DNA of 19,410 bases from assembly GCA_963721455.1 (NCBI GenBank), contig CAVRJG010000060.1, positions 1 through 19,410 of the forward strand. The letters are read 5' to 3'. A program made the translations under genes and the position numbers. Below the pieces are notes generated by a model. It was not told the DNA's origin. It saw only the letters and a program-made list of their open reading frames with translations, and ran no database searches. Within the stretch, counting starts at the first letter, position 1. Each line of letters opens with the position of its first letter. Origin of the DNA: an uncultured Methanosarcinaceae archaeon. GTDB taxonomy: Archaea > Halobacteriota > Methanosarcinia > Methanosarcinales > Methanosarcinaceae. Shown piece after piece: positions 1-7,531 of this stretch.

Positions 1-1
1 A

Positions 2-709
2 CACCGGGCAATTCTCTGCCTTATTAACATCAAGTTCACTGAAAGAGCATGAAAGGCCGTCCCATAATAAAAGGCGATTTTCCAGAAGTTTTCCCTGTCC
101 TGTCAGATATTTAATCGCTTCATTTGCCTGGATTGAGCCTATTACCCCTGGAGTTGTCCCAAGTACCGGAAATACTTCTTTTTTGAAGGAACTCGGGAAA
201 ATGCAGCACAGGCATGGGGTTTTTCCTGGAATTATTGTTGTTGCCTGACCTCTGTAGCCTGAGACAGCGCCGTGAATCAGGGGTATATTTCGTTCCACTG
301 CAAGCCTGTTCAGGACATGCCTCGTATCAAAATTGTCCAGCGCATCTATGATCAGGTCGCAGGGAGGAACTATTGAGCCTGCATTTTCATCCGTGATTTT
401 TTCCCGGATTGTCTCTACTTTTATTTCAGGATTCATGGAGAGCAGCTTTTCCTCTGCGGATTTGATCTTCTCTCTCCCAATATCTTTTTCATGGTGGAGA
501 AATTGCCTGTTAAGGTTGCTGAGATCCACTGAATCGAAATCCGCAATTATTATTTTCCCTACCCCTGCAACTGCAAGATAGGTAGAAACCGGAGATCCCA
601 GACCTCCTGCCCCGGCAACAAATACTTTTGCGTTTTTCAGTTTTTCCTGGCCCTCTTCTCCAAAAAGCATTATCTGCCTGATATACTTTTCATTTGTAAT
701 TTTCTCCAT
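2..709 (-). CDS. moeB: ThiF/MoeB/HesA family adenylyltransferase (E1-like sulfur-carrier activating enzyme), 3' end runs off the window
   Basis: Not in the ORF track because it is partial. Manual translation from ATG 709: MEKITNEKYIRQIMLFGEEGQEKLKNAKVFVAGAGGLGSP..D.DSVDLSNLNRQF..DALDNFDTR..PCLCC..NCPV. GxGGLG nucleotide-binding loop, SNLNRQ motif, Zn-binding Cys motifs; GGAG RBS upstream. Confidence 0.9.
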   Translation of the reverse strand, partial: MEKITNEKYIRQIMLFGEEGQEKLKNAKVFVAGAGGLGSPVSTYLAVAGVGKIIIADFDSVDLSNLNRQFLHHEKDIGREKIKSAEEKLLSMNPEIKVETIREKITDENAGSIVPPCDLIIDALDNFDTRHVLNRLAVERNIPLIHGAVSGYRGQATTIIPGKTPCLCCIFPSSFKKEVFPVLGTTPGVIGSIQANEAIKYLTGQGKLLENRLLLWDGLSCSFSELDVNKAENCPV

Positions 710-754
710 TTATGTGCTCCAGGATTTAATTTGTGATAATTTCAAAAGCCCGAG

Positions 755-1144
755 TCAATCCTTCCAGGGCTCAAGTCCCTTTTTCCGAAGATAATCATTA
801 ATTGCCTCATGGATCGCCTCTTCTGCAAGCATTGAACAGTGCATTTTTATTGGAGGAAGCCCGTCAAGTGCCTCTGCAACTGCTTTGTTTGAAAGTTTCC
901 AGGCTTCTTCCAGGGTTTTTCCTTTGATAAGTTCGGTTGCCATACTGCTTGATGCGATTGCAGCTCCGCACCCGAAGGTCTGGAACTTCACGTCCGCAAT
1001 CCGATCTCCTTCTACTTTAAGGAATATCTTCATTATATCTCCGCACTTCGCGTTTCCAACCTCCCCTATTCCGTCACTGTCCTCAATGCTCCCCATATTT
1101 CTGGGGTTTGAAAAATGGTCCATTACTTTAACGCTGTAATCCAT
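755..1144 (-). CDS. iscU: Fe-S cluster scaffold protein IscU/NifU
   Basis: YSxKVMDHFxNPRNxG, GNAKCGD, FGCGAAIASSS, KMHCS with three conserved Cys. Start placed at ATG 1144 because a GGAGG RBS lies just upstream (tcctcc 1151-1156). Confidence 0.95.
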   Translation of the reverse strand: MDYSVKVMDHFSNPRNMGSIEDSDGIGEVGNAKCGDIMKIFLKVEGDRIADVKFQTFGCGAAIASSSMATELIKGKTLEEAWKLSNKAVAEALDGLPPIKMHCSMLAEEAIHEAINDYLRKKGLEPWKD

Positions 1145-1238
1145 AAGATGTCCTCCAATGCTACTTTTCAATTCTCGGATTATTTTAAAGAGCTTTTCTT
1201 CTTACTCAAAATTCCCTGTAATTTCCCTATTTATCATC

Positions 1239-2423
1239 TCAAATAGTCCTGTATTCCCTGGGAGTTAGCGGGGACATATTTCTGAGCTTTTGCACTATCT
1301 CAGGCAGAGCCTCAAGCACCCTGTCCACCTCTTTTTCGGTATTCATCCTTCCAAGACTCAGCCTGAGTGAACCGTGCACTATTTCGTGCGGAACTCCGCA
1401 GGCCGTAAGCACATGCGAGGGTTCGAGAGAAGAAGAGTTGCACGCGCTTCCAGTGGATGCAAAAATTCCTTTCGCATTTAACAGAAGCAGGAGAGATTCG
1501 CCCTCTATGTATTCAAACGTGACATTCACGTTGTTTGCAAGCCTCTGTGTGGGATGTCCATTGAGATGGGTTTTCGGGATTTTTAGAAGTCCTTCAATCA
1601 GGCGTTCTCTCAGCGCAAGCAGGGTTTTATCCGTTTCTCCAATTTCGCCCGTTGCAAGCTCTATTGCTTTTCCAAGGCCCACGATGGCTGGGACATTCTC
1701 GGTTCCTGCCCTGCGTTTTCTTTCCTGGGCTCCACCGTGCAGAAGGGTTTCGATTTTTATCCCTTTTCTTATGTAGAGTGCCCCGCATCCCTTTGGCCCT
1801 TCGAACTTGTGCCCTGAAAGAGATAAAAGGTCAATGTTCATTTTTTTGACATCTATAGGGACATGGCCTATTGCCTGCACCGCATCCGTGTGGAAATATA
1901 TCCTGTTCTCTCTTGCGATTTTTCCGATTTCTTCTACAGGCTGAATTGTCCCTATTTCATTGTTCGCAAGCATTATGGAAATGAGTATAGTGTCATCTCT
2001 GATCGCGTTTTTCAGTTCCTCAAGGGTCACCATCCCATATTTATCCACAGGCAGGTATGTTACCTCAAACCCCTGCCCTTCCAGCCACAAACAGGTGTGC
2101 AGGACTGCATGGTGCTCGATAGAAGAGGTGATTATGTGTTTTCCTTTATTCCTGTTTGCAAAGGCTATCCCCTTTATTGCCCAGTTATCGGATTCGGTAC
2201 CACCGGATGTGAAATATATTTCATTTTCTTCAGCGCCGAGAGCATCTGCAACCTTTTTTCTTGCTTTGTCTATTGCATGTTTTGAGATTTTTCCGATCTC
2301 ATAGATAGAAGAAGGGTTTCCGAAATTTTCTGTCAGGTAGGGAATCATCTCTTCGACAACTTCTTTTCTTGCAGGAGTCGTAGCAGAGTTGTCCATGTAA
2401 ATGGTCTTATCTCCAGCTGTCAC
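1239..2423 (-). CDS. iscS: Cysteine desulfurase IscS/NifS (PLP-dependent)
   Basis: YMDNSATT, GNPSS, FTSGGTESDN, HTDAVQA, SGHK (PLP Lys), STGSAC (catalytic Cys). Probable start GTG 2423 after GAAGGTG RBS; the ORF track's ATG 2453 is the alternative. Confidence 0.95.
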   Translation of the reverse strand: MTAGDKTIYMDNSATTPARKEVVEEMIPYLTENFGNPSSIYEIGKISKHAIDKARKKVADALGAEENEIYFTSGGTESDNWAIKGIAFANRNKGKHIITSSIEHHAVLHTCLWLEGQGFEVTYLPVDKYGMVTLEELKNAIRDDTILISIMLANNEIGTIQPVEEIGKIARENRIYFHTDAVQAIGHVPIDVKKMNIDLLSLSGHKFEGPKGCGALYIRKGIKIETLLHGGAQERKRRAGTENVPAIVGLGKAIELATGEIGETDKTLLALRERLIEGLLKIPKTHLNGHPTQRLANNVNVTFEYIEGESLLLLLNAKGIFASTGSACNSSSLEPSHVLTACGVPHEIVHGSLRLSLGRMNTEKEVDRVLEALPEIVQKLRNMSPLTPREYRTI

Positions 2424-2432
2424 ACTTACACC

Positions 2433-2446
2433 TTCACAATTGTGAA
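2433..2446. promoter_or_regulatory. Perfect 14-bp palindrome TTCACAATTGTGAA, candidate operator at the iscS transcription start
   Basis: Palindrome read directly; it lies about 20-30 bp downstream of a minus-strand TATA-like TTAAATA (~2465-2471) and abuts the iscS RBS. Confidence 0.5.
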
Positions 2447-2613
2447 TGATCATAACAATCGCGACTATTTAAGTTTTATCGTAGAATATATCTGGATAGA
2501 ATAGATAAATTCTTAAAAGCCTGCCGGTTTTGTTGAAGTTACTGCATCCCGGATCAAGCTTATTATTATTTTTTATAATGATAATAAATATATATGTATA
2601 TAAGGTATATTCG

Positions 2614-2627
2614 TTTTCAATTGTAAA
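2614..2627. promoter_or_regulatory. Second, degenerate operator copy TTTTCAATTGTAAA downstream of the regulator gene's TATA box
   Basis: 11/14 match to the 2433-2446 palindrome; follows TATATAAG (2597-2604) and precedes ATG 2650. Confidence 0.4.
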
Positions 2628-2649
2628 ATCTCAAAAAGTGATGGTAATT

Positions 2650-3006
2650 ATGGAAACTCCGTGTCAGAAGATTGTGTGGGATCTGGTTCCTGCAATAAGG
2701 GCCAGTCTTGCAATCGAACTTGTAAAAAAAGGACAGTCACAGGCAACGTCGGCAAAGTTGCTGGGGATTGCCCCGTCGGCAGTTTCCCAGTATATTTCGG
2801 GAAAAAGAGGATACAGGATCGAGTTCCAGGGCGAAACGAAAGAATTGATCGAAAAACTTGCTCAGGACTTAATCGAGAATAAAGTCGATGACTTTGTGGT
2901 AAGGATCTGTAAAATTTGCGTAAGTGCAAGAGGAATTGAGAGCAACTGCAATAGTCGTTGTGGCCCGGAAAAGTCGGACAGTAACACAGTGGAACCTGAA
3001 AAATAA
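2650..3006 (+). CDS. XRE-type HTH transcriptional regulator (COG2522-like), Cys-rich, 118 aa
   Basis: METPCQKIVWDLVPAIRASLAIELVKKGQSQATSAKLLGIAPSAVSQYISGKRG is a typical archaeal HTH signature, also like the N-terminal HTH of ThiR-type regulators; Cys at 5, 87, 90, 100, 104. The upstream extension in the ORF track runs through AT-rich promoter DNA. Confidence 0.85.
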   Translation: METPCQKIVWDLVPAIRASLAIELVKKGQSQATSAKLLGIAPSAVSQYISGKRGYRIEFQGETKELIEKLAQDLIENKVDDFVVRICKICVSARGIESNCNSRCGPEKSDSNTVEPEK

Positions 3007-3051
3007 AAGCTCATTTTTAATGGTTCCTGTATCGTTTTAGGATTCTTATTA

Positions 3052-4159
3052 TAGTTCCCAACGCAACTTATTACACGTATTAACGCTTATATTCTTTTAT
3101 GGTGGGGAAGGAACAAATTCCTATTGATCGAAATGTAACTCTCGCTGAGATCAACGTTTTAATCAAACACGAAAACAATTCAAGAGTACTGAAAAGGCTC
3201 TATTTTGTTAAATTTAGATATTTGGGAGACTCTGTCGAAGAAGCTGCTACTAAAGTTGGAGTGACTAAGAAAACAGGATACTACTGGCAGGATTATTGGA
3301 ATAAAGGCGGCTATGCCGCCTTAATACCAAAATTTGGTGGGGGAAGAAAGTCCAAGCTTTCCGATGAGCAAATAAAAGAATTAAAGACTTTATTAGAAAA
3401 AAAAGATTACTGGACTACAAGAGAAGTTCTGGAGCAAATAAAGGAAAAATATGGTATAGAGTATTCACAGAAGCAAATCGGAGTTATACTGCATCGATTT
3501 AACATGTATCACTCAAAACCATATACTCTTGACTACAGAAAGCCTGAAAACGCCGAAGAAATTTTAAAAAAAGTTAACAGAAGCAATTCCAGCATATATT
3601 GGTCCAGATGAGCACTATATCATAGGTTTTCTGGATGAATCTTCACCACAAACAAAGGCAAATACGCAACGGTTATGGTCATTTAAAAAATCTTTGATGA
3701 TAAAAAATACGGATTATATAAAAGCAAATGCATTTGCGTTTTATTCAATTAACGGTAGCAATTTCATCGATTTTATGGAAAGTTCAAAAGCAGAAAATGT
3801 ATATGAATTCCTGATAAAAATTGTCGAACAAAATCCAGGGAAAAGAATAATTCTTGTTCTGGATAATTCAAAGTCACATCATGCTGATAAAACGATAAGA
3901 AAAGCCAGAGAGTTAAAAATAACACTTGTGTTTCTTCCTCCTTATTCACCAGATCTAAACCCTGTAGAATTTGTATGAAAAACGATAAAGAGAGAAGTAT
4001 CTGTCAGATTTATTCAATCAAAAGAACATCTGAGATATATTATCAAAAATGAATTTATGAAAGTGGAAAAGTCATTATCATTTGCAAAGAATTGGACGGA
4101 AACACTTAATTCACAAATAAAAAGTATAATTTGTTGAGTCATTAACGAGTCATTAACTA
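3052..4159 (+). mobile_element. IS630-family insertion sequence (inactivated)
   Basis: Ends TA|TAGTT (3050-3056) and AACTA|TA (4155-4161) with the TA target duplication typical of IS630; contains HTH and DDE transposase segments. Confidence 0.9.
3099..4137 (+). pseudogene. IS630 transposase, split at an A7 run and carrying a premature TGA
   Basis: orfA 3099-3611 (HTH). The frame changes at A7 (3566-3572) into KLTEAIPAYIGPDEHYIIGFLDES..VLDNSKSHH..FLPPYSPDLNPVEFV; TGA 3976-3978 replaces the conserved Trp; the frame then continues KTIKREV..SIIC to TGA 4135-4137. Confidence 0.88.
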
Positions 4160-4161
4160 TA

Positions 4162-4186
4162 GTACGAGGGGTGAGATTTGAACCCA
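4162..4186 (-). other. tRNA 3'-end-like fragment (T-arm plus acceptor strand), possible att-site relic
   Basis: Minus strand reads TGGGTTCAAATCTCACCCCTCGTAC: GGTTCAAATC T-loop motif followed by CCCTCG(T)A, resembling the 3' end of archaeal tRNA-Leu. No 5' half present. Confidence 0.45.
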
Positions 4187-4504
4187 TTAATATATTCATA
4201 AACGGATCGCTTGTATATCCTGATTCTGAGCCAAAGGAAAGCAGTAATATCCACCCTGCGGATGATCTCTTTAATTATACGTGCAGAGAAAAAACAATAC
4301 ATTCCCTTAACCCCTACATATGGAAATAATTTGCCTCAACAATGTTTATATGTGGGAAGGAATTACAGTACAGATTGATTTTTCCAGACGCTTTATCTTA
4401 CTGATAAAATCACTTAATATATCGTGACATGCAGAGACATGACACTCATGCATTAAAATTTATAACCTGAAAACGGTTTCACAAATCAAAAGAAGGTTCT
4501 TTTA

Positions 4505-5806
4505 ATGAAATACTGGCAGCCGAAATATGAAACAATGGATCCCGAAGAACTGAAGAGACTGCAGCTGAAACGCCTGCAACACAGTGCAAAGCTGGTCTAT
4601 GACAACGTTCCCTTTTACAGGCAGAAGTTCAAAGAGGCTGGAGTAACTCCCGAAGATATAAAAACCCTCGAAGATGTCCGTAAATTGCCTTTCACGAGGA
4701 AAACAGACCTCCGGGACAATTATCCTTTCGGGCTCTTTGCTGCCAAAAAAGAAGATATAGTGCGCATTCACGCATCCTCCGGGACAAGCGGAAAACCCAC
4801 GGTTGTCGGGTACACTGCAAAGGACATTGAGACATGGTCGGACATGATTGCCCGAAGCCTTACAATGATAGGGCTTTCAAAAGGCGACACTATTCAGAAC
4901 TCCATGAATTATGGGCTCTTTACAGGAGGTCTGGGTTTCCACTATGGCGTCGAAAGAATGGGCTCTATGGTCGTGCCTGCAGCAACAGGAAATACTGCCA
5001 GGCAGCTTGAGATGATGATCGACTTCGGGGTAACCGCAGTCCACTGCACTCCTTCCTACGCCTTCTACCTTGCCGAAACTGCCGAAGAACTGGACCTTAT
5101 AGACAAGCTTTCCTTAAAAGCAGCTATCTTCGGAGGGGAACCCTGGTCGGAAAACACGCGGAAACAGCTTGAAAAAAGGCTTAATGTCAAAGCCTACGAC
5201 TGCTACGGCCTTTCAGAGATGTTCGGACCCGGTATTGGTTTCGAGTGCCAGGAACAGGACGGCCTCCACATCTGGAGCGACAATTTAATTGTAGAAGTCC
5301 TGGACGAAAACGGGGAACAGGTCTCAGAAGGCGAAAAAGGTGAACTTGTCCTTACCTCCATCAACAAAGAAGGCTTCTGCAACATAAGATACCGCACAGG
5401 CGACATGACAAAACTTCTTGAGTCCGAATGCGACTGCGGCAGGACAACCACAAGAATCTCCCGCCTCCTCGGCAGAGCCGATGACATGATGATCGTAAGA
5501 GGCATCAATGTCTTCCCTTCCCAGATCCAGGACGTAATCTCAAGGATCCCCGAGGTGGGCGAACACTTCCAGCTTATCCTTGACCGCAACAAACACATGC
5601 TCGATGAACTCACAATCGAAGTAGAACTTGAAGAAAACGCCTTTACAGGCGACCTTAAAGACCTCAAAGCCGTCCAGAACCACGTCCAGCACGAACTCAA
5701 AGCCGTCCTGAATATCCGCACAAATGTCGAACTCCTTGAAAAAGGCAGCATCGAGAGGACCGCAGGAAAGGCAAAGAGGATCATTGACAGGCGGCCGCAG
5801 ATCTGA
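4505..5806 (+). CDS. paaK: Phenylacetate-CoA ligase family protein (PaaK / F390 synthetase-like adenylate-forming enzyme)
   Basis: RIHASSGTSGKP AMP-binding motif, YGLSE, RYRTGD, GRADDMMIVRGINVFPSQI, GKAKRIIDRR C-terminus. The true substrate is uncertain. Confidence 0.88.
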   Translation: MKYWQPKYETMDPEELKRLQLKRLQHSAKLVYDNVPFYRQKFKEAGVTPEDIKTLEDVRKLPFTRKTDLRDNYPFGLFAAKKEDIVRIHASSGTSGKPTVVGYTAKDIETWSDMIARSLTMIGLSKGDTIQNSMNYGLFTGGLGFHYGVERMGSMVVPAATGNTARQLEMMIDFGVTAVHCTPSYAFYLAETAEELDLIDKLSLKAAIFGGEPWSENTRKQLEKRLNVKAYDCYGLSEMFGPGIGFECQEQDGLHIWSDNLIVEVLDENGEQVSEGEKGELVLTSINKEGFCNIRYRTGDMTKLLESECDCGRTTTRISRLLGRADDMMIVRGINVFPSQIQDVISRIPEVGEHFQLILDRNKHMLDELTIEVELEENAFTGDLKDLKAVQNHVQHELKAVLNIRTNVELLEKGSIERTAGKAKRIIDRRPQI

Positions 5807-5842
5807 AAACTGAGAAAAAGCCTGCCAATAAAGCTCAATTTT

Positions 5843-5884
5843 TCAGGGAAAAACTTATTCCCTGACTTTTCTTAACCTTTTTTT
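5843..5884 (+). terminator. Hairpin plus T-tract after paaK
   Basis: TCAGGGAA (5843-5850) / TTCCCTGA (5858-5865) stem followed by T runs. Confidence 0.6.
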
Positions 5885-6114
5885 GCATATTCTTTTTCGG
5901 CATTCATTTTCAGATCAGCTCATTTTCTATTATCCAGCCGGCAGAGTTGCAAGAATCACTTTTCAGAACCCCGGGCACGTCCACGCTCGACGCAGGAGAG
6001 CGGCCTTTGCGTAAAGTCTGAGATGAAGCAATTTATCCGAAAACTCCAGAATTATTCAAAGCTAAAATTATCTACAAAACAAAAACTAGAAGCCTCATGA
6101 AGAGCGTTACACTC

Positions 6115-6128
6115 AAAAGGTTATATAT
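6115..6128 (+). promoter_or_regulatory. Archaeal BRE/TATA promoter of the ATPase-TPR pair
   Basis: AAAAGG-TTATATAT about 60 bp upstream of ATG 6188. Confidence 0.5.
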
Positions 6129-6187
6129 TGTTCATTACATACACTTCATGCTGAAACCACCTAAATTTCTGAAAAGGAAGTAAAATA

Positions 6188-7465
6188 ATGGCCGGAGACT
6201 TGAAAGAAATCTACCATCTATTTAATCCAAATAAAGCTCTTCAAAATGATGATTTGGAAAACTACTATGTAGAAATAGACCAGAATGAAACGAATATTGA
6301 AGAACTAAAAATCCGCCTTGAGCTTAGCCTTGAAACTTACGAACCAATCAAACTTCTTTTCACCGGACATAGAGGTTCAGGTAAAACAACTGCATTAAAC
6401 CGTCTCGTTTCATACCTGAATAGAGAAATGGGAAACAAATTTTTTATCGTACATTTTAGTGTTCTCGACCTTCTGGATAACAATGACATAAACTACACTG
6501 ATGTCTTATTTTCAATACTTACAAAAATAATGGAGAAATGTCAAGAAGAATGTGATATAAGCTCCTCACTGGTTGAAAGGACAAAAAGGTGGGGGAAAGC
6601 CATAACAAAAACAGAAGTATGTGAAGATAAACTCGAAGGCGGTGCAGGATTCAGTTTACCTTTCTATTTTGTTGAACTACTGGCAAGGATGAAGAGTGAA
6701 ACAACCACCAGGCAAGAAATAAGAGAGGAAATTCAGCCGCGTGTATCAGAATTAATTAACCTGATAAACGATATAATTGCTGAAATAGAAATAAGTGGAA
6801 GACAGGTACTTGTCATAATTGACAACCTTGAGAAATGCGATTATGAAAAAGCGTTAAACTTATTCTACTGCCACAGCACCCAGCTAACTCAGCCAATGTG
6901 CAAGATAATTTATACATTTCCCATTTCTCTTCGAAGTTCAAATAAATTTACCCAGATTAAAATGAACTTTAGCGAGAACATAATTTATCCTAATATCAAG
7001 GTTCGTGAAAAAGATGAAAATATAAAGGAAACAGCCGGTAGAGCTTTCATGAAGCAAATTGTGGCAAAAAGAGTTTCTCTTGACTTATTTACTCCCGAAG
7101 CCCTTGAATACATCATTGATATGAGTGGAGGTGTTATTAGGGAATTTATAAGAATAATTAGAGACTCAGCAGTACGTGCTATATCCAGAAGAAAAACCTT
7201 GATAGACAAGGATATTGCTGTAGAAGTAATAAATGGACTTAAAAACTCATATCAGGCACAATTGAGTGATGAAGATTATGAAATACTTCTAGGAATTTAT
7301 GAAACTAAAGATATAAAAAGAGACGAAAGACTTGTTGGCCTACTTCACAACCTCAGCGTGCTTGAATACAAGAATGGGAGAAGCTGGTGCGATATTAACC
7401 CTATAGTCAGGTCAATTCTTGAAGAGAAAAATCTCCTTCCAATAAAAATGAATTCAAAGGCATGA
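6188..7465 (+). CDS. P-loop ATPase, STAND/AAA_16-like, with no attached sensor or effector domain
   Basis: Walker A GHRGSGKT, Walker B VLVIIDNLEK, SGGVIREFIRII helical motif, C-terminal LLHNLSVLEY..WCDINPIV winged-helix-like end. Confidence 0.85.
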   Translation: MAGDLKEIYHLFNPNKALQNDDLENYYVEIDQNETNIEELKIRLELSLETYEPIKLLFTGHRGSGKTTALNRLVSYLNREMGNKFFIVHFSVLDLLDNNDINYTDVLFSILTKIMEKCQEECDISSSLVERTKRWGKAITKTEVCEDKLEGGAGFSLPFYFVELLARMKSETTTRQEIREEIQPRVSELINLINDIIAEIEISGRQVLVIIDNLEKCDYEKALNLFYCHSTQLTQPMCKIIYTFPISLRSSNKFTQIKMNFSENIIYPNIKVREKDENIKETAGRAFMKQIVAKRVSLDLFTPEALEYIIDMSGGVIREFIRIIRDSAVRAISRRKTLIDKDIAVEVINGLKNSYQAQLSDEDYEILLGIYETKDIKRDERLVGLLHNLSVLEYKNGRSWCDINPIVRSILEEKNLLPIKMNSKA

Positions 7466-7531
7466 TTGAAAAATTATCATTAAGCAAGACTTAAAAGTTA
7501 TTTTCATCTGTAGAGCTTAACAGGTAAAAAT

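Noticed and set aside
333-2304. Plus-strand ORFs 333-581, 885-1139, 1438-1776, 1652-1849, 1863-2285, 1960-2304
   Set aside because: Antisense shadows of moeB, iscU and iscS with no family motifs.
2530-2649. N-terminal extension of the regulator in the ORF track
   Set aside because: Begins at TTG and crosses AT-rich promoter DNA; the family signature starts at METPC (2650).
3976-3978. In-frame TGA as selenocysteine or readthrough
   Set aside because: It falls at a conserved Trp of IS630 transposases; a TGG-to-TGA mutation is simpler and no SECIS-like element was seen.
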